Below are positions 49,985 through 61,243 of a stretch of DNA of 64,000 nt, in pieces (the first letter of the stretch is position 1; each line of letters begins with the position of its first letter). Both the position numbers and the translations under genes were made by a program. The notes under the pieces are model-generated. The model searched no databases and was not told where the DNA came from. It saw nothing but the letters and a program-made list of their open reading frames with translations. The DNA lies in contig NIVC01000283.1 in assembly GCA_002269645.1 (NCBI GenBank), positions 653,263-717,262 on the forward strand. The letters run 5' to 3'. This DNA is from Macrostomum lignano (Eukaryota).

Positions 49985-52900
49985 CTGGTTTGGAGTCATA
50001 ACCTGTGAGCAGTACAATTTGAGATAATCAGCAGGCTAGAATGGGATATTGATCGTATGTTGTGTCAATTTAGCTACTTAGCTTATGTGCAGTACAATCA
50101 TTGGACACAGTCAGTTAGTTATTATTCAAAAATAAAGAAATGATTTATAAAAAACGTTGTTGAAGCCATCATATCATCCTATAAACAAGTAATTTAGTTT
50201 GCAATAATTGCCAATGATTACACTTATACCTAACCCTGAGACTTTAAACGCGTATGCATGCGAGAAATTTTTTTGCTTTGCTGTAATTTCATTTGACAAA
50301 TATATAGATCTTTGCCAAATGTCTCAACTTTAAAATGTAACGTTTTTGGACACATGAGTGACATGACACATTTGATTGCGAAAATTGGCTTTTTTCATAC
50401 TTTATTTCACGTGGATCAGCACCTCTAACAATATTTTGACCGTTGGAATAGCGTTGATTCGCAGTTGGACTGCCGTTGGTAAACCGCCGTTGTATCAACG
50501 GATTTTCCTCCAGACACGCCCAACGGAGGGCCAACGGAGGGCAACAACGTTGAATCAACGTTGGTTTTTCCGCTGGGTCTGCGCGATTTTCCGGTTTTTA
50601 TTCGTGCGAACGCAACGCTACCGGTTTCGAAGAATTACCGGCCGACCTCCAATATCAAATTTTGTTTTATCTTCTCCACCCCCACCTCAACATCCCCGGG
50701 ATTTTACCCGCCCCCTCCAAACCCGGGATTTTTGTCGTCATTTCTTCCAACCTCCGGTGTGAGTTCTCCCTCTCCTGTCCTTGGCCCTGTTTGTCTTGTC
50801 GATGTTTTTGCGTTTTCTCCCCATTTGTCCCTGTGCTTTTCTGTCTGGTCCATGCCCGGTGTCCTGCCCTTGTCACCTTTTCTCCTCTCGCTGCCCTTCT
50901 CAACGTACTACTTAAACATTGTGCTCAGCGCGTTTTTTTGCATGCCTTTCCTCTTTCCCCTTCTTCTTCCCTCCCTTTTCCGCTTTTACTATTATTCTCT
51001 TAGCTTGATCCTCCGTCTTAACAGCCTTGCGTTTAATAGTTATTTTGCGTGAATAGTTAAAATTCATTGGTGCGTGAGTAGTTTAGTCGCCAAGTTACAG
51101 TTTTTCTTTTAATAGCCTGTGCCTCCGGCACCCGTGGAGAAACCTCGTCAGTTATTCAGCCTGCAAATTTAACAATAATAATAACCGAAGTAAACTGCAA
51201 CTTAATAATTCTATTTATTTTTCCGTTAACTTTAAGCCTTAGTCTCTCTTGAGTCATTGCCCGTGGGGCGTAAAATAACCAAGTTCTCATCTCAAAGAAA
51301 GCTCTGAGACTTACTCGTTCCGTAATACGTAAATTACGGTGGTGGCAGCAACTACCCTATTGAAAGCAACAAGCTCAGCAAATCGACACATTAATTTACG
51401 GTGTCAACAACCTCCGGTGTTTCATCGCTTTGAACGACCGCGCCGCTACACGACCGCTCCGCTACGATTACGACTACCCTCCCCCCGGACTTGAGAACCC
51501 GGCAGTCGGAGTAAAAGGAGAAGAAATTCGTTGAGATTCGTCTGCGCGATTTTCCGGAGTTAATTCGTGCGAACTCAATGCCGTTCGGGTTTTCGAAGAA
51601 ACCCAACATTTCAAACCCACCAACTTTCAAATTTTTTCATTCTTCTCCACCCCCACCTCAGTATCACCACTGATTATTTTTCGAAAATTGATTTTAATAA
51701 CAATAACATTATGTGGTAGGGCGATCTACCACTGACCGACGAACGTGATGGCGCCGTGTGGTGACACTTGCTCATGACTCTCTGTTTTTCCGTCACTCGG
51801 TGCGCCATCCCTTGCCCGATCCCTCGCCCCATCTTTTGCCGTTGCTCAATTTTTTTGTTAATTCCCGTTTGCGGCTTTAGTGTCGTCCGCTGCCCCATCG
51901 TCTGCCCCATCCTTCGCCTTCCTGCCCCATCTGTTGCCCCATCCCTGTCCGGACGACATTGTTTCCCCTTTTATAAGGCCATTTCGGGCCGCCTTTTGGT
52001 TTTTTCGCGCGCGCGCGTTTTTTTCCGTATTCGTCGTTCTTCTTCGTGTAAACTCCGTGGTTTGTGCTCGTTCATTAGTGTTTGAGTTTATCCAGTTTCT
52101 GTTTAGTGTTTATAGTTTTTGCCTCCGCTAAGTAAGTTTTAATAGTTTCGCTTAATAGTTAGTCGTTCGGCACCCGGCACCGGCCGTGGACATCTCGTGA
52201 AATTAATATTAATCTCTAATAACTACCGCTTGCGCAATTAACAATAATTATTAATAATAATTTACTAGTTGTTCATTTATCGAAGCCCTTGACAGTTTAT
52301 CTTGAGTTATTTGCCCGTGGGGCGTTAAACAACCAAACTCATTTCATCTCCGAACGAGCTTTGAGGTCTCAACGTTCCGTAATACGAAATTACGGTGGTG
52401 GCAGCGCTACTATACTGATAGTAATCAGCTCAACAACTCAGAAACAGATTTACGGTGTCTAGACCATTGAGTCTACAAATCTGAACGACCGGGCCGCTAT
52501 ACGACCGCTCCGCTACGATTACGACTACCCTCCCCCGGACCTGAGGACCCGGCTGTCGGAGTAAAAGGAGAAGAAATTCGTTGTGATTCGTCTGCGCGAT
52601 TTTCCGGCTTTATTCGTGCGAACTCAACGCCGGCGGCAATCCAAACGGGAATCCGCCCCACCTCACTGGTGTCAGCAAATTTTCAAAGCCGCCCATTCCA
52701 AGAAAATTCTTCTCCACCCCCACCTCAATTATCTGGACATTAAAATTAAGCTCGCCCCTTTCTGGCCCCCATTTGTCCACCCCCTGGCGCATATATGACG
52801 TTTTCTGCCCTCTTTCTGTTCTCCCCGCCCCATTTTCTGGCTTTGTATGCCCAATTTATGGTTATTTTGTTTTTCTGTGTATTTTCTGCGGTATTTTTTT

Positions 52901-54096
52901 GTTACCTCTTTCTGGACTCTAGTGTTTTCGCCTTCCCCATTTTCTGGGCTATGTCGACCACCTTGTGTCCTTCGTTTTGGGGTATTTAACCCCGCCCCTT
53001 GCGCCTGTCTCTCCCTAGACTTCTGCTTTTCCATGCCTTTCTTTCCTTCCGATCCCTTTCTCCCTTTCTGACCCCCCCCTATTCTGCTAATCAACGTTAA
53101 ATTAACTTTTATTAATTTTGCTCAACCGGACAGTTACTTAAGTTTAGTTTAAGTGAGAGCCCGCACCGCGGCACCCCAGTCATTTGAATCGTTAGTCGCT
53201 GCTCGAGTGTGAATACAATAACTTGTTTATAATAACTTTGTTTACCGATTAATAAATAAGCAACAATTATAATTTGTCTTCTACGTTCTGGATCAAAAGC
53301 CATAGCCTATCTTAAGTCATTTGCCCGTGGGGCGTAAAATAACCCAATCTCATCTCAAAGAAAGCTCTGAGACTTCAACGTTCCGTAATACGTAAATTAC
53401 GGTGGTGGCAGCGCTACTCTACTAACAGTAATCAGTCAAGCAATCGAAGCGCATTAACTACGGTGTCTGAGGACCCTCTCTGAACGCTCGCGCCTAACAA
53501 AAACCGCTCGTCTACGACCGAAACTACCCTCCCCCCGGAATTGAGGACCCCGGCAGTCGGAGTATCAGGAGAAAATTTCGTTGAGATTCGTCTGCGCGAT
53601 ATTTCCGGATTTAATTCGTGCGAATTCAACGTCGGCGGCAGTTCAAAGTTAATATCACCCAATTCATTTGTGTCAGCAAACCAGCCAAATTCACCGCCAA
53701 AGTTTCCAATTTTTTTTCAACACCCCCCCTTTTTTCTCCGCCCCCACCTCATATATATCACTAAATCGGACCTAGTTGTAACGATGTTGATATTTAATTT
53801 TTAAAAATAATTTGATATTAAATATGTCTCTTTAGTATTATATTAATTTATTTACTATTCATAAGCGAATTTTAAAGTATTCAATATTGTACGCTTAAAA
53901 TTTGTTTTACTGTGTCCTTCATAGACATACGAGTATTGTTATATTTAAAAGACGGTTAAATCGCGATTTTGCGCTCAATTTTCTTGGGCCTCGTGCGTGC
54001 TTTTTGGTTGGTCCGCCGCCTGGTGCCTGTTCGCTATAGCTTACCACCAATAATTTAACGGCAATAGGTTATCCGGTCTGTTCAAATAAATAATAC

Positions 54097-56312
54097 TATA
54101 GCTTTTTGCAGCCCATTTGGGCTTACGCGCATTGAATTTAATCCAAGATATGTTTGTCAAAGTAATGGAGCTTTTGTCTATGGTAGCAAGGCTGGCACAG
54201 CGGCATTTAATTTGGTCCAACAAGCACCAATTTGGTCCATTTAGTTCATTTGCAGCTTAGTCCCAGAATTGTGGACCATATGCTAGGCTGTTGAACGAAT
54301 GTCATTGGCTTGTGATCGAAGCACTCGACGGAGGTGAACACGAAGGAGGTTATCAGATTTCGACTATCAGCAGAGCTCTGGAAAAGCTGTAGCGTACTTT
54401 AATGACTTTCCCGAAATTTCTTCAGATTTCTAAAAGTCAAAAACTATTTCCAGAAACTTCTTTGAGTTAGCAGCTAATCTATAACATACGCATATAAATA
54501 GTAAATAATTAATTATCACTTAAGTATTAATGTTCTAATTATATTTACGTAATGTATATAATTAAAGGGTTATTTCGCTTTGTTAAAATTAGCTAAATCT
54601 TTCTAGAAATTTCCGGAAGACAATAACAAAGCTATAAATACACGGCGGCGGCAGTGAAACAAATCACTCGCTCTCCCCTTGTTTTCTCTTTGATCTAAGT
54701 TCCGTTGGTAAATAACTAAATGAACCACCGCCTTGCTCTTATTCAATAATCAATTAAAGAAATTCTACAATGGTCCGGTGAGGCGTCGAGCGATCTCTTT
54801 CAGAATGCGTGTGCATACGCACGCCCGTGACCGCTCATCATGCCATCATTCGCGATCAGCACCGCCGTCGCTACCAACGCCGAAACATAGCACACCACTG
54901 TCTACTGCCCAGCGTCATCACTTCTCAGCGTGTCTCCCGTCGCCGTCATGTAATATAAATTTAGCTAAACCGTCGCCAACCTCCCTGTTCCCACATCTAA
55001 AAACGACACGGTATCTCGTCGGTGACCAAATAAACTACGCCTACACGGGCTCACGAACGGCCATCCGATCGAGCCATCCGCGCAGCTACATGTATGACCT
55101 CCACGTATACGTACCAGCGACATCAACCGCAGCACCGCGCAGACGCGACGTTAGCACTGGGTCTCATCCATCGCGAAGAACTCAATTAGCAATCCACAAT
55201 AAACCGGCTGGCACCACTGGCGAGTCTACACATTGCAACCTACTACGAGGTTCCTCGATAAGCCGGTGGTCAACCAGCTGGCCTAACCCGGACGACACCC
55301 ATGAATCTTCTCGGTTCTGTTTCAGCCGCAGAGCGACTACCCGCCTTGATCCCTGGCGCCTATCCGTAGTTCGGGAGTCGTCTGTCTGCAAACCGGCAAT
55401 AACCCGCAGGTCGTTCCAAACTACAGCGACAAACCGCCATCCTGGAGCAGTGCCGCAGAGATCACGGACTTGTTAACCGCCATAATGTACAATCAGTCTG
55501 AACTCCTCGACCGCAGTGCAAGCCCAGCTGCCCCTATCCGTCTCGCGGTGAACCCAGTCGTCATCTGTATTAATTTTCAGCAGCGTAATTTCAACCTGGA
55601 CTTTATTCACGGTAACCCAGCATCTAATTAACATTAATTAACCGTCATACTTAGGGACTCCGTCTCCCGTGGGGGGAACTGTTGTAGCGTACTTTAATGA
55701 CTTTCCCGAAATTTCTTCAGATTTCTAAAAGTCAAAAACTATTTCCAGAAACTTCTTTGAGTTAGCAGCTAATCTATAACATACGCATATAAATAGTAAA
55801 TAATAAATAATCACTTAAGTATTAATGTTCTAATTATATTTACGTAATGTATATAATTAAAGGGTTATTTCGCTTTGTTAAAATTAGCTAAATCTTTCTA
55901 GAAATTTCCGGAAGACAATAACAAAGCTATAAATACACGGCGGCGGCAGTGAAACAAATCACTCGCTCTCCCTTGTTTTCTCTTTGATCTAAGTTCCGTT
56001 GGTAAATAACTAAATGAACCACCGCCTTGCTCTTATTCAATAAACAATTAAAGAAAATTCTACAAAGCAACTTAAAATTTTTGGTAGAGACGCTGACATT
56101 CCAGCGGTGCGCAACAACCTGCAGACGGTTGAGAGAAGGCAAGAGTTTGTCAAATGGCTCACGAGTGTTTGGACCAAATGGATGCTTTTTGAACCAAATT
56201 AAATGCCACTGCGCCAGCCTTGCTACCATAGACAAAAGCTCTGTTACATTGGCAAACGTATCTTGGATTAAATTAAAAGCGCGTTAGCCCAAATGGGCTG
56301 CAAAATGCTATA
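54097..56312. mobile_element. Non-autonomous DNA element with long (~140-150 bp) imperfect TIRs, host of the TRIM insertion
   Basis: 54097-~54240 (TATAGCTTTTTGCAGCCCATTTGGGC...AATTTGGTCCA) is the inverted complement of ~56170-56312 (...GCCCAAATGGGCTGCAAAATGCTATA). TA at both termini. Confidence 0.75.
54388..56064 (+). mobile_element. Miniature non-autonomous LTR retroelement (TRIM-like), 1677 bp; LTRs 54388-54769 and 55683-56064
   Basis: Two 382-bp near-identical direct repeats TGTAG...CTACA (about 5 differences by eye). 4-bp TSD AAGC. PBS-like TGGTCCGGTGAGG at 54771 and PPT-like GGGGGGA just before the 3' LTR. No recognisable gag or pol. Confidence 0.9.
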
Positions 56313-56341
56313 TTAAATACAATCAGTCAAAGTTCAAACAT

Positions 56342-56373
56342 AAGACTCTCTTGTTACGAAGACTCAATTTATT
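56342..56373 (+). other. Degenerate spliced-leader (SL)-like sequence
   Basis: AAGAC-TCTCTT-GTTA-CGAAGACTCAATTTATT. 17 nt are exact to the Macrostomum SL as recalled (CCGTAAAGACGGTCTCTTACTGCGAAGACTCAATTTATTGCATG). Lacks the terminal GCATG. Confidence 0.55.
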
Positions 56374-58322
56374 ATTGATAGTGCATAGCCGTCAGCACCG
56401 AACAAAGAAGGGTCGCGTCACATAGTGGCATATGCAGGGGGCAAACGAGCCTTTGAAATATTAGCAGGAGAGTGTGGCAGGCGAGGCCGCTACTTGTCCG
56501 CCGGACTCCGCTCCACCCGATGTATGTCACTGTGCGGAATTACTAACTCGGTATTTGCATTTGCGCCATCCTGACGTCATCGAAATTTTTACTCTTAATG
56601 TAAACTTCCTTCCCACTGCCTGTAGTAGTAAGAATTTGGCTCAGGCAATTAGCCTGTTAGGCCAATATATTATAGGGCAATGTATTTGGAGAAATTTTCG
56701 AAATAGAAGTTTAGACGATTCGACGTAGGGTCGTTCTCAAAGCTAGGTCACATGTGCTAGGCCGGTCTACCACTGGGGTGAACGACGGCAGGCCTCCAGC
56801 GCGGACAACGGCGGGACGACCAGCTAGACTCCATCGGATGACGGTTGACGTCATGCTTTCAATGTTTGTTCCCATGTTTGTTCCCCCGGTTGTCCCCGCC
56901 CTTGCTCCTTCGTCTGCTCCTTTCGCTGTTCCCTCCCGTGGCCTCTGTTGTTTTAGTGCTTTGAAGTTTTTCCCTTTTCCTTCGTTGTCCTTTCCCTTGT
57001 CCCATCCTTTGTCCTAACCCCTGGGTTATCCTTGCAAAATTAATATTTACAACGTTGTTGTTGGAACCTTTTGCTCATGCGCTTTGCTCGCTTTGCTCTT
57101 TACTTTACTTTTGTTCTCTGACTTTTGAATACTGACTTGACGAGTCTGCTGTTAATATTTAATTTGCGTTTAACTAGAACAGCCTTCTCGACTAAGCGCT
57201 TGTAATTTATTAGCTCGCCCTCGGCACGGCCGAATCCATCTCTCGAGGTTTTTCTTTTAATAGTTAACAACAATAGTAATAACAATTTATCTATTACTTT
57301 AATAATAGCGATAATATTTAGTTCCAATAATAATAATTGCTTATTCAGTTGTTCTTAATCGAAGCCCCAGTCTCTATTGAGTCATTTGCCCGCGGGGCGT
57401 AAAATAACCAATCAGTCTCAACTCAAAGAAAGCTCTGAGACCCTTATCGTTCCGTAATACGAAATTACGGTGGTGGCAGCGCTACTTTACTACTGACAGT
57501 AACAAAACAGCATTTCGACAGTTTACGAATTTTACGGTGTCTGAGGACCCATTCTGAACGACCGGGCCGCTACAAGACCGCTCGAATACGATTACGGCTA
57601 CCCTCCCCCCGGAATTGAGGACCCCGGCAGACGAAGTATCCAAGGAGAAGAATCCACACATCATTCGTGAAATTTTCCGGGTTAACGAGTGCCGAGACAA
57701 CACGGCGGAAATTCAAACGTAGAATCCGCCCCACCTCACTGGTGTCGACCAACAATTCAAACCGCCGAATTCAAACGCCGCCCAACAAATTTCTTCTCCA
57801 CCCCCACCTCACACAACTTTTTGTTATTGAAAAAAAGTTTGTACATGGACCAATGATCGTACAAAAAAATTTATTTTGACAATTTCTATAAGAATCTGCT
57901 ACTAAAACCACAAGAAAACTTAAGTATGAGAAGAAATCAATCTATTTGTTAATCTTTGTTACGGAAGACAACGACAAAATATTTTAGAAAAAATGGATTT
58001 TTACTAAATTTTTTATTTAAAATACGCAGTTTAATTTCTTTCGCAAAAATAAAAGAACAAGAAATCGACTAAGGAAATGTTTTTGAGCACAATATTTTGT
58101 TTCTCTGCTCTTAATCCCAAACATAATTTATCGTGTGCAAGAAATCAGTGCGAAATTATTTAGCATGCACTCGAAAGGATTTCGATCTGTTTAACTTAAT
58201 CAGTGAATTTAGAAGTCTTACGTCTTAAAAGGTTGAATTTAGAAATACAGTTTACAGTACATATCTTTTGAAAGTCAAGGTGATTCGACCAATTAAGAAT
58301 GTTAATTTTTACGTTGAAAATA

Positions 58323-58582
58323 GGGCCTTTTCATATTACCAATTCCAGAACCAGAATCGGTTCGGAATTCCAAGAAAAACAGCAGTATAACTCTTAAACT
58401 CTGTTAATATTTGACTGCCTTAACAACCTAACTTAGCACAATTTTTCACTTTCTTCTTGGCGACTGTCATTCAATAATAAAAACTTTATAGCACGTATCT
58501 CCCTCTAGTTATGGAGACAAAAAGTTATACTTCACAAATTGATTCTGGTTCTGGAACCAGAGCAAGCAATATGAAAAGGCCC
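58323..58582. mobile_element. MITE, PIF/Harbinger-like, 260 bp
   Basis: TIR GGGCCTTTTCATATT / AATATGAAAAGGCCC, 3-bp direct repeat ATA on both sides, inner inverted TTCCAGAACCAGAATC. Confidence 0.72.
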
Positions 58583-58903
58583 ATAGAATTCTTCATTTTT
58601 ACATTGAATACAATTGAATAAAATGTAAATAGTAATAGAATAAATCAAGAACTATCCTTAAACAACAAAAAATGCACATTATAGATTTCATATCGACTAA
58701 CTACTCTTTTATAGAGGAATTTGGACACTAGTAAAATAAATATTTGATTTGCAGAAAACTATAACTTTCTTGATTTTATTTTAATTAGTTTACTTATTAT
58801 AAATTTTAATCAAATTAAATTGAAAGAATTGAAAATGATTTCAATTAATTCAATAAATTCGATTTTTTTGAAAAATTAGACAAAATTGAATATGCCGTAC
58901 AAT

Positions 58904-59950
58904 TGTGGTGATCCAGCATTGCTAGCATAGGCTGCTCCTGGGATCCCCTCTTAGCCACAGTCATTTAGTGCTTGGGCTGTAGCAGTGGGAGCTGGGCATA
59001 GGGCCTGTGCGCTTGCAGCGCTCCCGTCCCTTCCTCCTCTTCCCTTGTGCAGGCTCAGGTGTGCAGCTGTCGCGGGACAGGGAGAGAAACTCTCTCCCCC
59101 TCTCCCCCTAGCGCAGTCTGCAATGGGCTAAAAATAGAAACATTAGTCAGTGGGATATTTCTCCCTAGTAGTCTTAGTTAGTCAGCGGGAACGAGAGCAT
59201 AGCTCTCCGCCCGGGGTAGGCTCTCGTGGGGTCTTAGTTGCACTCCTTGCATGCTGCAACATGCAAGCAGTGTACCAGTAGGCCATGCGGAGGCCTCGTG
59301 ATGAGGCAGATGTCTTATGGACATCTCCAAGATCGTTCCTGGCTCCGGGTAGTCCACGGAACTGCCATGGAATCTGCCACGGAACTGCCTCTGAGCTTCC
59401 CATTGGCCCTGAGACCCCCAGATTTTAGTATAAATACAGAGTAGGTGAAGGCCCAAAAGAGACCATCTCGCTCTCGATCTTCGGATCCTCGTCTTCCGAT
59501 CCTCGTTCGGAGACTGCCTGCTTGGCTTCGAGCAAGAGCTAGTATTCCTATATGCTTTTCCTAGACTAACTAGCTTAGGCAAATTCGCTAGACGCTTTTC
59601 CTAGGGATAACCAGCAAGCAAACATTTGTTGCAGCTGCCATTGCTCGTTAAGACTGCCGCAGGCCTTTTGTGTCTTCAGCTCGCCAGACCTTCAACACCG
59701 TCTGGACCTGGTCTGGTGGCCTACATCCTACGCTGTTGGGCAACATCAGCGACACCTCATAGGCTTACGGATTGTTACTGCGACACCAGTTGAGCAATTA
59801 AACGATATTTTAGGATCGGCCTGTGACCGTTATTCACATTAATAAACGTTAACTGACTTTGTCTTGTCTTATTCATTCTCTACTTAACAGTAGGCCTACC
59901 TAGGGACAGCCTGTCAAGGATATTACCTGTAGACCTACAAGGTGGCAGCA
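58904..59950 (+). mobile_element. LTR-like segment (TGTGG...CTACA, ~1036 bp) followed by degenerate PBS AGGTGGCAGC
   Basis: TG...CA ends, TATAAATA at 59429, AATAAA at 59841, and a PBS-like motif of the same type as the array. No second LTR or TSD was found. Confidence 0.55.
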
Positions 59951-61222
59951 ACCCAACTACCAACTCGGTTTAATATCTGATTGTAACTTAATAGAGACTA
60001 AGGGTTCTCGGACCATAGTGATAGACCACTCAGGCCAGCTACCTGCCGTGCTAGTTGTTGAGGACAGACAGAGTGTGCTAGTAGGCAGCAGCAGTAGTCA
60101 TCAAAGAGTAGGAAGCGCAGGCATCACACAATATACTAAATCTCTAATAATTACTAAAAATCTACTGGCTTAACTAAAATAGTTAAATTCGTTTTATGCG
60201 AAATATTTCTCACATTGAGAAAAATGAGGTTGTGTGAGATGTAAAAATGCAAATGAGCATGCAGGAAACAGAGCAAACAAAAATAATGTAGGTAAATGTG
60301 TGAAAAAATTTCGCATAAAACGAAGAATGACACTGCACATGCACATTTAATATAAGAAGGAGACATAATGCGCACACTGAAACACCAGTAGCAATGGCGC
60401 CCAAACCTTTGATGATCAAAAGCGAGCTCTCGTCTGCCTCTCGTTGCGCCCCCAGACCCATGCAAATAATCAAACTTATGATCAAACTATACATGGTTTC
60501 CGTCCCTCGCTTTGAACCCGAATAACAATCGGACGCATCAGATAGGTCTCAAATACGTTTCAATAAAATCGAACGAACAGATATGTTTTTCGTGTTTAAA
60601 AGGTACTTAAAATTACTTTTTATTATGGTGCCAAACAAATTCAGTCATTTTAATACTTTAAAACAGACATTTTTTAGTATTTAAAAGCTACGTTTTTGGT
60701 AACGTCACAGTAACTTATCAAGTTGAAGTAAAAGGTACGTATTGGTGGCAGGCGGGATGCCACGGTTGAAATCTGAACTTTATAACAATAACTGCATGCG
60801 AAAATAATTTTTTAAAAAGTTCCCCATCCGCTGATTTTTTTATTTCTCTCGTCCATCGCTAGTTCTATTCCTCTTCCCGTCCATGGACTGAATTCGTCCC
60901 TTCTCTGATTTTTGCCGTCCCTGATTTTTGTAACGTCGTGTGGGTCGGTCGTATGTATGTCGTACAGACTCTCTGATTCAGATTCATATTCATATCAATA
61001 TCAATTAGAAGCCACAGTTATGCGGATTATTCTATCCAGTATAATATGACTTTAGTTTAGTATCTTCAGTGTACATTCTTTAGTCACAAATGTTAAATCA
61101 TATTTGTGAATGAGGTAATAATAGTAATAGCTAGTTAAGCAAATTTATAAAAACAGACTAGGCCTGTAGCCCTTATCATTTTATAATTTATGCACAATAC
61201 ATTTTACGGTAATCTTGAACTT

Positions 61223-61243
61223 CGTAAAGACGGTCTCTGACTG
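61223..61243 (+). other. 5' half of spliced-leader-like sequence
   Basis: CGTAAAGACGGTCTCTGACTG is 20/21 identical to the recalled SL 5' half, then switches abruptly to unrelated sequence. Confidence 0.55.

Larger units (their letters stand above)
44576..50577 (+). mobile_element. Structurally complete CMC-superfamily (EnSpm/CACTA/Mirage-like) DNA transposon, 6002 bp
   Basis: TIRs CCCAGTGGAAAAGACAACGTTGATCCAACG and CCCAGCGGAAAAACCAACGTTGATTCAACG (26/30 identical). 2-bp TSD 'TC'; removing the element restores GATTCGTCTGCGCGATT, seen intact in sister array units. Two internal genes and subterminal CAACGG/CCGTTG repeats. Confidence 0.92.
42619..57811 (+). repeat. Head-to-tail array of ~1 kb diverged units with conserved core (cores ~43249-43680, 44278-44575+50578-50689, 51248-51660, 52301-52726, 53311-53751, 57376-57811); LTR+PBS+leader-like
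   Basis: Each core has TTGAGTCATTTGCCCGTGGGGCGTAAAATAACC, GTCTCA...TGAGAC, CCGTAA..TTACGG-TGGTGGCAGC and ends in CTCCACCCCCACCTCA or a close variant. Spacing is ~970-1050 bp for the first five units once the transposon is subtracted; the sixth is further off. Confidence 0.85.

Noticed and set aside
51391-51630. Minus-strand ORF with methyltransferase-like 'RVLKSGGRVVVIV' recurring in array cores
   Set aside because: Indels between units do not preserve a frame and no other SAM-binding motifs are present; the similarity follows from nucleotide-level repeat conservation.
42619-57811. CRISPR array interpretation of the repeat/variable alternation
   Set aside because: Eukaryotic spliced context, units far too long and degenerate, and no cas genes. 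The minisatellites also lack unique spacers.
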